DNA of 64,000 nucleotides, taken from positions 89,130-153,129 of the forward strand of contig CAYOJK010000007.1 in assembly GCA_964404285.1 (NCBI GenBank), written 5' to 3'. A program made the position numbers and the translations under genes. Shown piece after piece: positions 9,666 through 18,473 of this stretch. This DNA comes from an uncultured bacterium (GTDB taxonomy: Bacteria; CSSED10-310). Position 1 is the stretch's first letter. Every line of letters begins with the position of its first letter. The notes beneath the pieces were generated by a model, which did no database searches, was not told the origin of the DNA, and was given only the letters and a program-made list of their open reading frames with translations.

Positions 9666-10742
9666 TCAGCGAGATCGGCCATATTGAAGCTTTGAAAAAA
9701 GCTCAGTCAGTACAGGGTCGTCTTTATCTTCTTTTTCAGCGATAGTCTGCGGTAAAGCCATTTCTTCGACATACTCGCCTACAATCAATCCCAACCGGAG
9801 CTCCCCTAGTTCGCCGGGACTTTGATCAACACCATAGATTAAATCAACATCATCACCCCAATTTGAGGTTATCAGATGAGCAACCTCTTCAACTTCGAAC
9901 AGGCTTAACGGCCCATCAGACCGAAGATGCATTAAAAGACTTGCTTTACGATTCAGAAAGCTTTCTACAGAATAATCCACCATGATACTCTCGGCTACCT
10001 CTTGAGCACGATGTTGTCCTCTCGCCCGTGCAGTTACTATCGTACTGCTCGACGATCCCGTCAAAGCTATTCGAATACGATTGAAATCGATCGGAACCAT
10101 TCCTGGAGCCAAAGCATCCATCAATGCCTGAATTTTATCAGCAAAACTCGTGTTGAAAGCCTCCAAATAACCTGGAAAATCCGCTTGATCAAATACCACA
10201 GGAACTTCTTTCATAGCACACAATTCACTGATCGTTCCCCTAGCTGTCATATGACGTTTTCTTCCAACAATTTCAGCATCCGGTAAACTCAATAATGACA
10301 AACAGGGAATTCCCGCTTTATTGAAAAGGTTAGCTAGAGCGGTCGTAACTCCGGAACCAATACCATCACCGGGCTGAGCAATTAAAAGCACAAAAAATGA
10401 GGACAGGGTCAATTCCAGTAAATCCGAGCTGATTTCAGCCATAGCTTTTGAAGCGGCTAGGGGATCACCACTGCTAAAACCGCGATAACGAGTATTTAAA
10501 GCGATATGAATATAATCATCCTGTAAATTGGGCAAAGAATCATCCCAGTTAATGCGAAACAATAACGGTCGAAAATCTTTCCTAAAAGATATTTTTTGCA
10601 ATACTTCAGCTCCAAAATCACCTATTGCTATGACAGCAATCTCACCCTTAGGTCTGACGTGACCGTCTCTCCTGTTCATGATCCCCCTCCTTATCTTCAA
10701 ACTTGTCCTGCCAAATCGATAATGGCCAGATTTCAAAATCAA
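9666..10742 (-). CDS. Degenerate FtsZ/tubulin-like protein (probable non-catalytic FtsZ paralog)
   Basis: It is colinear with FtsZ over its whole length, but the nucleotide-binding motifs are substituted. GGGGGN is replaced by GDFGAE, GGGTGTG by GDGIGSG, NTDAQ by NWDDS, and the T7 NxDFAD by IDFNR. The true start probably lies downstream, near 10679. Confidence 0.55.
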   Translation of the reverse strand: MILKSGHYRFGRTSLKIRRGIMNRRDGHVRPKGEIAVIAIGDFGAEVLQKISFRKDFRPLLFRINWDDSLPNLQDDYIHIALNTRYRGFSSGDPLAASKAMAEISSDLLELTLSSFFVLLIAQPGDGIGSGVTTALANLFNKAGIPCLSLLSLPDAEIVGRKRHMTARGTISELCAMKEVPVVFDQADFPGYLEAFNTSFADKIQALMDALAPGMVPIDFNRIRIALTGSSSSTIVTARARGQHRAQEVAESIMVDYSVESFLNRKASLLMHLRSDGPLSLFEVEEVAHLITSNWGDDVDLIYGVDQSPGELGELRLGLIVGEYVEEMALPQTIAEKEDKDDPVLTELFSKLQYGRSR

Positions 10743-11073
10743 GCCCGGTTCCCATCACAACATACCGATCTGCTTTATTCGCCAGATCCAAATGCTTAAA
10801 CTGAACCCTTCCTTGCAAATCGATATTCAGAGACATAACGTTCAACATAAAAGCACGCCGTCTATCTCTGACATCAGGATCTATGGATTTTCCAGGTATC
10901 TCCACTTCAAGGACCTGTTTCAATCGACCCGGATCAGTGGCGACCCAATAGTTATCCATCGGGTAAACACACAATTCTCCTCCACGTTCAATATTTCCGC
11001 TTTTAAACAATGAGGTCGGCAAGGTGATTCGACCTTGTTTATCCAACTGTATAAAACTTGTATTAAAATACAT
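10648..11073 (-). CDS. mraZ: Transcriptional regulator MraZ
   Basis: It has the two DxxGR repeats (LDKQGRITLP and IDLQGRVQF) and an FEIW motif. It is 141 aa. Confidence 0.8.
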   Translation of the reverse strand: MYFNTSFIQLDKQGRITLPTSLFKSGNIERGGELCVYPMDNYWVATDPGRLKQVLEVEIPGKSIDPDVRDRRRAFMLNVMSLNIDLQGRVQFKHLDLANKADRYVVMGTGLDFEIWPLSIWQDKFEDKEGDHEQERRSRQT

Positions 11074-11119
11074 TTTTAAGCAAATCCAAGTTTTTGATTC
11101 TTATTAGAACCTATTTACT

Positions 11120-11149
11120 ATTAATAAGCAAAATTTCAACTATGTCAAG
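11120..11149 (-). promoter_or_regulatory. Candidate sigma70 promoter for mraZ (TTGACA, 16-17 nt spacer, TATTAA)
   Basis: The minus-strand -35 and -10 hexamers lie about 47 nt upstream of the mraZ start. Confidence 0.3.
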
Positions 11150-11202
11150 GAATATTTTGTTAATTTCAAATAATATCAGAAATTTAATAGAACAGGAAAG
11201 AT

Positions 11203-12744
11203 CTAGACCAACCGAATTCCATCAGCATATACTGCTTCAATCTTTATGTTTCGTCCGCGAGTAGAGATTGGATCACTGTCCAAAATCACTAAATCAGCCG
11301 GGGAGCCTGGCATCAACAAGCCTCTTTTCATTTTGCCGGCTTCTATCATTGTTGGAGCAAATGTCATTGCTTTTAATGCATCTGTCGCTTTCATGCATTC
11401 TTCCGGATGCCAGGATCGCTTGTTCCAGGACTCTTTAACGTGTCGCCTGGTCACTGCCGCATCAAAATAGTGAAGAGGATTTTCATCATCTATTGGAGCA
11501 TCGGAGCCAAAAACAACACATGCTCCTGATTCTGCCAGTGATCCGTATGGATAAAAAAGACCCTCTTGTTCGCTCCAGAAACGTTCGACCATTTCGATAT
11601 CAGAGATCATATGGCAGGGTTGCACCGAGGCACAAATATCGTATTGAGCAAATTTTTCTATATCTTCCCTAGCAATCAGTTGCGTATGTTCAATGCGCAA
11701 GCCTTTTAAATCCGGAAATGCTTTTCGAATGGTAATCAACGCTTGCAACGCATTTTTGACAGCTCGATCACCTATTGCATGTATCGATGTTGGAAAGCCG
11801 TGAGAAGCCGCCCACATTGACAAATCAGCTAACTCTTCAGGCTCCATGACATCGATACCTGTGTTCTTTGGTTCACCGGTATATGGCTTGCTCATTGCTG
11901 CAGTTCTAGAACCTAGGGCGCCGTCGGCATATAGTTTCAAACCACCTAGATGAATTGATGGCCATTGTTGACCGAATTTATAGCCACGTGAAATCACTTG
12001 GTCAAAATCTTCCAAGTTGACGAAAGCCATAATTTTGAGCGGAATTTTTTCTGTAACAGACATATCGATCAGCAAATCCAATTCTGAGATACCTTCGAAT
12101 GAGTGCACCGCAATTATTCCTTTAGCATGAAGTCCGCCCCAAGCTTTACGCAGTAAGTCACGTTTTTCTGAATCCAGTCGAGCTGGGATTTTTTGGCGAA
12201 TAATATCGACGGCTGTTTCCCTGAGAACACCCGTAAGGCTGCCATCCGGTCTGCGATCGAAACGACCTCCCGGCGGATCTGAAACCGTGTCGTCTATCGA
12301 CAGTTCCTGTAAAGCCCGGGAATTCAGCCATAATGAATGGCCATCTTTGGATAACAAAGCCACAGGATTGTCCTGGCTAAACCCGTCTATTTCCATGCGG
12401 TCCGGAAATCCGCCTTGGTGTCGGCAAGCTGCTTCCCAGCCGCGTCCTTGCACCCATTGAAACCGAGAAGCCTCATCGATTCGCATTTTAAGCTTCTGTT
12501 GAATATCCTCTAAACAAAGTCCATCCAATTTAAGCAACGATTGAGCTATTCCATAATTGATCAAATGAATATGGCAGTCAGTGAAACCAGGAACAACCCA
12601 ACTCAATCTGCCATCAAGGCAGTTATCATCCGCAAACGTGATACTGTCAATTTTGCCATCTTTTAGCGTCAATAAGCCGCACTGAAAACGCCGATGTTTT
12701 TGATTCCATATCATTATTTTGTCTAAACATACGTTTTGTGTCAT
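11203..12744 (-). CDS. Amidohydrolase family metal-dependent hydrolase
   Basis: It has the VVPGFTDCHIHL metal-binding motif and amidohydrolase-3 domain architecture. It is 513 aa. Confidence 0.8.
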   Translation of the reverse strand: MTQNVCLDKIMIWNQKHRRFQCGLLTLKDGKIDSITFADDNCLDGRLSWVVPGFTDCHIHLINYGIAQSLLKLDGLCLEDIQQKLKMRIDEASRFQWVQGRGWEAACRHQGGFPDRMEIDGFSQDNPVALLSKDGHSLWLNSRALQELSIDDTVSDPPGGRFDRRPDGSLTGVLRETAVDIIRQKIPARLDSEKRDLLRKAWGGLHAKGIIAVHSFEGISELDLLIDMSVTEKIPLKIMAFVNLEDFDQVISRGYKFGQQWPSIHLGGLKLYADGALGSRTAAMSKPYTGEPKNTGIDVMEPEELADLSMWAASHGFPTSIHAIGDRAVKNALQALITIRKAFPDLKGLRIEHTQLIAREDIEKFAQYDICASVQPCHMISDIEMVERFWSEQEGLFYPYGSLAESGACVVFGSDAPIDDENPLHYFDAAVTRRHVKESWNKRSWHPEECMKATDALKAMTFAPTMIEAGKMKRGLLMPGSPADLVILDSDPISTRGRNIKIEAVYADGIRLV

Positions 12745-12902
12745 TTGTTTTCCTTTTCTTCAGCTTTTCCGTTCTATGTGACTGAACCATTACATAAAAT
12801 CCCACACCTAAATTCTTGTCGGAACTGTTCACCTATGTCAAACGATATTAGCAGAGAGGGCATCGCTGTGATTTTCTAGTAAAAACTTGAAAGACGACTT
12901 CA

Positions 12903-14183
12903 TTGAGATTATTCTCATCGACGTCTGATCTTGATCACCATCCTGGAGGTTTGTTTATGATTAGATCACCCAATCGTTCAATTATTCTGCTGTCTGGATT
13001 ACTGTTTGTAACCTTGGTCTTTTTTTCATGTTCCAACCAGGATTCGGCAAGTATATCCTCTGATGTATCTTCCTCTGAAAAAGCTGAAAATATTTCTATC
13101 GCTGGCTCAACAAGAGCTAAATCTGCTGCTGAGAACGGTCCTCGTATTGTGTTCGATGAAACCACTCATGATTTTGGACGGCAGTTATCCGGTGAAGATT
13201 TGGAAAATATTTTTACCTTTACAAACAAAGGTGACGGAACACTGATAATCGAAAACGTAAAAGCCGGGTGAGGATGCACGGCAGCTCTGGTTTCCACCAG
13301 AGAAATTCCTCCGGGTGAGGAAGGAAAAATCAAGGTTACGTTTAAAACAGCTCATCGTACCGGTATTAATAGACACAGCGTCACGGTCACTTCTAACGAT
13401 AAAACCAGTCCGAATATGCAACTCGAGGTTGTTGCCGACTTGTACCACTTGCTAACAGTAGCGCCAACAAGACAATGGTTTGGACAGGTTAAGCAGGCTG
13501 AAGAAACAACCCGCCAATTCGTTTTTGAGGGTTTGAAAGTTAACGAGGTTGAATTCACCAGTCTCAAATTGAAAGATGAGTTGAAAAACCAGGATGCTTA
13601 CACCTGGAAGATCAACGATGCAAAAACTGATGAGACTCGCCAACTGACTTTAGATGTAACCGTCCATGGAGATAAAATTCCTCCTGGTCGTTTTGGTGAT
13701 GTGCTGATTATCGAAACAAATCTGGAGCCGACAGTTACCCTGGAATTAGTTTTGACCGGAGAAATTCTTGGACCTGTTTCAGCAAATCCACAACGATTGT
13801 ATTTCGGCCAATTTGAGATAGACAAAGAAATGGAAAGTGTCCTCAAATTGATAGCCAATACCGATATTCCATTCAAAATTCTTTCAGCTTCTATTGAGGA
13901 TTCGGAGTTCAAAATTGATTCCTGGAATCGTGAATCTCTCACTGAACATTCGTTGACAATCCGCTTTTTACCTAAAGAGACTCGAGATAGAATACGCACA
14001 TCTCTATCGATAAAAACAGACCTGGAATCTCAACCAAACCTGGAAGTTGAAATTCACGCTTATCAACGTAGAACCGGTCAGGCGAGAGACATGAAACAAA
14101 TGGATGCTCGAAGTCTGACATCATCCATAAAAGAATCTGACAGTAGTTCAGTCATTAAGACTCGTAAATTAAACGATAATTAA
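12903..14183 (+). CDS. DUF1573-family exported lipoprotein with an in-frame TGA (candidate selenocysteine) at 13269..13271
   Basis: A TTG start is followed by the lipobox FFSC. The DUF1573 core is HDFG...FTFTNKGDGTLIIENVKAG-TGA-GCTAALVS...IPPGEEGKIKVTF. A single TGA interrupts one continuous frame, so ORF-track entries 12903..13271 and 13416..14183 are co-frame. The sequence after the TGA is still conserved. Confidence 0.6.
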
Positions 14184-14231
14184 TGCAGTTAACGTGAAGT
14201 GATAACGAATATCGCTTTTTGAGAGAGACAA

Positions 14232-15302
14232 GTGAAAAATAATGTACTAAACATGTTTATCCGCGTCAGTTGGATGATTGCTATAGTGACCTGTATGGCC
14301 ATCGTAAAAGGATCTGACATCCCAGGTGAAAAGTCACCTGGGATTGCGTTCGACACAGTGGACCATGATTTTGGTGATCAGGTTTCAGGAAAAATTCTAA
14401 AGCATACATTTACCTTTAAAAACTTGGGGGCGACCCTCTTCTCCATTAAAGATGTAAAGGCTGGGTGAGGATGTACTGCTGTCCTGGTATCATCCAGTGA
14501 CATTCCTCCGGGTGAGGAAGGAAAAATTGACGTTGCATTCGACACCCAGTATCGATCGGGAAAAAATACGAAAACCATTACAGTTCGAACTGATGACCCG
14601 AACAACACCCATGTACAATTATCGGTGACAGCAAATCTCGATCTTCAACTGGATTCTACGCCCCGGCGATTGTGGTATGGGAAGTTAAACGGACCAAATC
14701 CGGAAACACGTTCCTGCACACTATCAGGATCTCGTATTGAAGAACTCGAAGTAAAACAAATAAGAATAGATGGAAATATCCCTGAAAAAGCTTTTTCTTG
14801 GCTACTAAACGATCAACGGGATTCAGGTAAAGCAGTAACGCTCGATGTGACATTTTATCCTGATGAGGCCATACCCGGAAGATTTCTTCATCAATTGATC
14901 ATTGAGACTAACTTGATCGATACGCCGGAATTAGTTGTCAGCCTGGCTGGAGAACTTACCGGATTTCTGTATTCATCACCATCAAGCGTATTATTTGGTA
15001 ACTTTGAAACGGGTGTCTCCATGAAAAAAACCGTCACTATTCAAACCTATCAAGAAATTCCGTTTTCAATAATTTCAGTTGACTCCGCTGATTCAGATAT
15101 TTCTATTACATTAGACAATGATCAGAAATCTCTGGAACACGTTATTGCTGTGCTCTTTGAACCAAGTGAAGATCGATCGGATATCCTTCAAACACAGATC
15201 AAGATAACGACGGATCTGGAAAAACAATCGGATTTTCTTCTGGATATTCATGGTTTTCCTAGACGGGCACAAAAAATATTACCGCCTCGTGATCAGAAGT
15301 AA
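14232..15302 (+). CDS. Second DUF1573-family exported protein with an in-frame TGA (candidate selenocysteine) at 14466..14468
   Basis: It is a paralog of the upstream gene with the same VKAG-TGA-GCTA context. ORF-track entries 14232..14468 and 14625..15302 are co-frame. It has a signal peptide and a conserved IPPGEEGKI downstream of the TGA. Confidence 0.6.
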
Positions 15303-15376
15303 TTTCATGCTTGACAGATCAAACCTGGATGTATATCGTTTGATTTCGATTGGTCACGTTGTCGATGACCCCGGTA

Positions 15377-15449
15377 GCCGAGGTAGCTCAGTCGGCAGAG
15401 CGAGGGACTGAAAATCCCTGCGTCGGGGGTTCGATTCCCTCCCTCGGCA
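15377..15449 (+). tRNA. tRNA-Phe (anticodon GAA)
   Basis: It folds as a cloverleaf. The acceptor stem GCCGAGG/CCTCGGC is a perfect 7 bp. The anticodon loop is CTGAAAA, the T-loop is GGTTCGATTCC, and the discriminator is A. No CCA is encoded. Confidence 0.9.
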
Positions 15450-15457
15450 AAAACTCA

Positions 15458-15485
15458 AACCCCTACTTGTTAGTAGGGGTTTTAT
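15458..15485 (+). terminator. Rho-independent terminator after tRNA-Phe
   Basis: The stem AACCCCTAC / GTAGGGGTT (9 bp) is followed by TTTAT. Confidence 0.65.
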
Positions 15486-15543
15486 GTTATGCTTATAAAA
15501 TGATGATGTTTTCTCATGATAATGTGATTGATGGGAGGAATTC

Positions 15544-17031
15544 ATGAAACCATTGGATGACGAAGAGCTGCTCTTGGAAAAACTTCGCGAAAAATTGGGA
15601 GCGCCTAAAAAGCAGGACGAGCGGGCGGAGTTGGAGCGTCTATTTGGAAAGCGAGAAAAAACTGACGAGGACCGATTGCGAGCCAAACTGGTTAAACCCT
15701 CCCTACAAGCTGGTGATATTATAGATGTCACTATCGAAAAACTCGCGTTTGGCGGCGAGGCCATCAGCAAATATAAAGCTTATCCTATTTTTGTTACTGG
15801 AGCTGTCCCCGGTGATACGGTTAGAGTCCGAATAAACACAGTTGCTAAAGATATGTGCCGAGCAGAGATACTTGAGTTTACAGCGAAATCTTCAAATCGA
15901 ATACCCGCTGAATGCCCCTATTTCGGTAAGTGTGGAGGCTGCCACCTTCAATGTCTGGTATATACAGCCCAGCTCAAAGCCAAAGAGGATATGATGGCGG
16001 ATATCCTGTCCCGAATAGGTGGAATCGATAGCCCTGTCAGAAATGTCGTCGGTTCACCGGAAAAGGTTGGCTACCGTATCCGAACTCGAATCCATGTAAG
16101 CATTTCCAATAATAAGATCGTGACAGGATATTATGCAGCTAAAACCCATGATCTTGTTCCAATAGATCATTGTCCGCTGTTGACAAAACCGTTGAATAGC
16201 GTAATTGCTGCTTTACCTGATCTGCTTCCTCTTCCCGGCACCGCTCCAATTCCTGCTGAAATCCAATTGCAAATGTCGGTTGATAGTGGAAATGTCCTTA
16301 TGTATCTAGTTGGTAAAGACCTGTATGGTGTTGAAAACATTTTGGAAAAATCAAAAAAACTGAACCTGCCACTCACAGGTGTTATTCAAGAAAGTAACGG
16401 TATGTATGCAGGCGATGTAACTCTCCTTCACTCTGTAGGGAAATATAGATACAGAACAACCGCAGATGCATTTTTTCAAGCCAATCACTATCTACATAAA
16501 AAACTGATTGACCAAGTTCTGTTGTTGGCTTCACCCTCGCTAAAAGATACGGTTTTAGACCTTTATTGTGGCAGCGGTTTTTTCAGTCTGCCCTTAGCGC
16601 CATTCGTCAATTCTTTGATCGGTTTGGACAACAATCCATCATCAATTGCAGATGCCGGCTTCAATACTGAACAAGCAAATTTGTCAAACACGAGCTTTTA
16701 TCTTTCAGATGACAAGAATTTTTTTAAGCATCCGGTTGTTAAAGACACAAAATTCTCTTTAGTTATAGTGGATCCTCCACGTCAGGGTTTGTCTTCTGAA
16801 GCTATCAAGGGAATTATCGCTTTAAAGCCGGAAAAATTGATGGTTGTTTCATGTGATCCGGCAACTTTGGCAAGAGATTTACGAATATTGGTCGAATCGG
16901 ATTTTCGAGTGCGGGTCATCCAGCCAATAGATATGTTTCCACAAACTTATCATTTGGAAAACCTTGTGTTTTTGACTCATAAGTATACGGGCGCTCAAGC
17001 AGCACATCGTGCTTTTTCAGATTTGCGTTGA
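15544..17031 (+). CDS. 23S rRNA (uracil-5)-methyltransferase, RumA/RlmD family (TRAM domain, 4Fe-4S cluster, SAM methyltransferase)
   Basis: It has an N-terminal TRAM region, the Cys cluster CPYFGKCGGCHLQ, the SAM motif VLDLYCGSGFFSLPLA and a C-terminal VVSCDPATLARD. It is 495 aa. Confidence 0.85.
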   Translation: MKPLDDEELLLEKLREKLGAPKKQDERAELERLFGKREKTDEDRLRAKLVKPSLQAGDIIDVTIEKLAFGGEAISKYKAYPIFVTGAVPGDTVRVRINTVAKDMCRAEILEFTAKSSNRIPAECPYFGKCGGCHLQCLVYTAQLKAKEDMMADILSRIGGIDSPVRNVVGSPEKVGYRIRTRIHVSISNNKIVTGYYAAKTHDLVPIDHCPLLTKPLNSVIAALPDLLPLPGTAPIPAEIQLQMSVDSGNVLMYLVGKDLYGVENILEKSKKLNLPLTGVIQESNGMYAGDVTLLHSVGKYRYRTTADAFFQANHYLHKKLIDQVLLLASPSLKDTVLDLYCGSGFFSLPLAPFVNSLIGLDNNPSSIADAGFNTEQANLSNTSFYLSDDKNFFKHPVVKDTKFSLVIVDPPRQGLSSEAIKGIIALKPEKLMVVSCDPATLARDLRILVESDFRVRVIQPIDMFPQTYHLENLVFLTHKYTGAQAAHRAFSDLR

Positions 17032-17062
17032 AAAACAACATGACACTGAGTAATCTATTAAC

Positions 17063-17159
17063 GGGAGCGGGTGGTGTCTGGTGATGCCTCCGGTCTTCAA
17101 AACCGGTATGGGGTCTTAAAAGGGTCCTAGGTGGGTTCGATTCCCATGCGCTCCCGCCA
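17063..17159 (+). tRNA. selC: tRNA-Sec (selC), anticodon UCA
   Basis: It is 97 nt with a long variable arm, the anticodon stem-loop CCGGT-CTTCAAA-ACCGG (anticodon TCA, which reads UGA), a GTGGG-TTCGATT-CCCAT T-arm, a long 7-8 bp acceptor stem, a G discriminator and an encoded CCA. The acceptor pairing at position 8 is imperfect (G-G) in my fold. Confidence 0.8.
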
Positions 17160-17186
17160 TTTTTATCTTCTTAAGCAGGACTCAAA

Positions 17187-18449
17187 ATGACAGAGAAACG
17201 GTTATATCCGGATATAGCCTCAGTCAAGCTACCAATAGTCGTCCAGAAATTTGGCGGCACAACAATGCAGGGCACAACTGCTTTTGAACCGATTAAAAAC
17301 GCGATAAAACGAGTGTTACAAACAAGACGAAAAGTCGTTGCAGTGGTTTCAGCTATCGGGCGCGGCCCGAATTCGGAATCCGGATTTCGAGGTGACCCTT
17401 ATGCGACGGATACATTACTGACACTTCTGCCACATGATCCAACACGTATATGCCTACGTGAAAAAGATTTGTTGATGATGTGTGGTGAAGTCATTTCTGC
17501 TGTAAAATTAGCCTGCTATTTGCGTTCACATAATATATCCGCTAGAGCACGAACAGGTTTTGAAGCCGGAATAATTACTGATGAAAACTCGTGTAATGCC
17601 AGAATAAAAGCTGTTTTTCCCAACCGTATTTTAAATGATTTAGGGTTAATGGATGTTGTTGTCGTTGCCGGCTTTCAAGGTATTTCTGAAAAAGGCAAAA
17701 TAACCACTCTTGGCCGGGGTGGATCCGACACGACTGCTGTCGCCTTGGGGAAAGCTTTGAATGCTGAGCAGATTGAAATTTACACGGATCAAAACGGCGT
17801 TTTTTCTGCGGACCCCCGTGATGTTTCTGAAGCAAAACACTTAGATATAATAAATGCTAAAGATATTGTACACATGACCTGGGCGGGTGCAAAAGTTCTT
17901 CATCCGCGTGCAGCTGAAATGATCGATCGGTTCAAGCTTCCCGTCACTATTGGAAGCGTTTTGGCGCCCGAAAATACAACGCTGGTAGAAGTAAAAGAAT
18001 CTTATGAGTCATCGCAGCTTATAACAGCAGTCGCTCATGGTGAAATTGTCACCCAAATAACTATTTTTGACCAAATACAGGGTAATGCTTCGTTTCTGGA
18101 AAAAGTATTCAAATTGGTCTCAGACGCATCAGTTAGCATGGATATGTTCACTGTCACAGAAAACCTGTTGCAATTTACTGTGGAAGATGCACAAGCTCCC
18201 CAAGTGATCAGTTTACTGAAGAAAAATGACTATCACTTTTCTGCTCGAAATAAATGTAAAAAGGTGTCTATCGTGGGTGCCGGTATGCACAAAATGAAGG
18301 GTGTCGCCGCACGTTTTGCAAAAGCATTGGCAAAAGCAGGTATTTCAATTCTGCAGACAGCAGACTCCCATGCCACTATTTCAGTACTCGTTGACAACAA
18401 TGACGCGAAAAAAGCTCAACAAGTATTACATGATGAGTTTTTAGCGTAG
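17187..18449 (+). CDS. lysC: Aspartate kinase
   Basis: It has the VVQKFGGTTM N-terminus, an amino-acid-kinase fold and C-terminal ACT domains. It is 420 aa. Confidence 0.85.
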   Translation: MTEKRLYPDIASVKLPIVVQKFGGTTMQGTTAFEPIKNAIKRVLQTRRKVVAVVSAIGRGPNSESGFRGDPYATDTLLTLLPHDPTRICLREKDLLMMCGEVISAVKLACYLRSHNISARARTGFEAGIITDENSCNARIKAVFPNRILNDLGLMDVVVVAGFQGISEKGKITTLGRGGSDTTAVALGKALNAEQIEIYTDQNGVFSADPRDVSEAKHLDIINAKDIVHMTWAGAKVLHPRAAEMIDRFKLPVTIGSVLAPENTTLVEVKESYESSQLITAVAHGEIVTQITIFDQIQGNASFLEKVFKLVSDASVSMDMFTVTENLLQFTVEDAQAPQVISLLKKNDYHFSARNKCKKVSIVGAGMHKMKGVAARFAKALAKAGISILQTADSHATISVLVDNNDAKKAQQVLHDEFLA

Positions 18450-18473
18450 ACAAATTGTTCTTGAATAGTCTTA

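Noticed and set aside
9666-10742. Calling this ORF the genuine cell-division FtsZ.
   Set aside because: All GTP-binding and hydrolysis signatures are substituted (GGGTGTG to GDGIGSG, NxDFAD to IDFNR, and the others). It is an FtsZ-like paralog, not the catalytic FtsZ.
12903-14183. Reading the ORF-track pairs 12903..13271 + 13416..14183 and 14232..14468 + 14625..15302 as four separate small genes, or as nonsense-mutated pseudogenes.
   Set aside because: Within each pair the two ORFs share a reading frame and are separated only by a single TGA. Protein conservation continues across the TGA in both paralogs. The TGA sits at a conserved Cys position, and a tRNA-Sec gene is nearby. Selenocysteine read-through is the more economical explanation.
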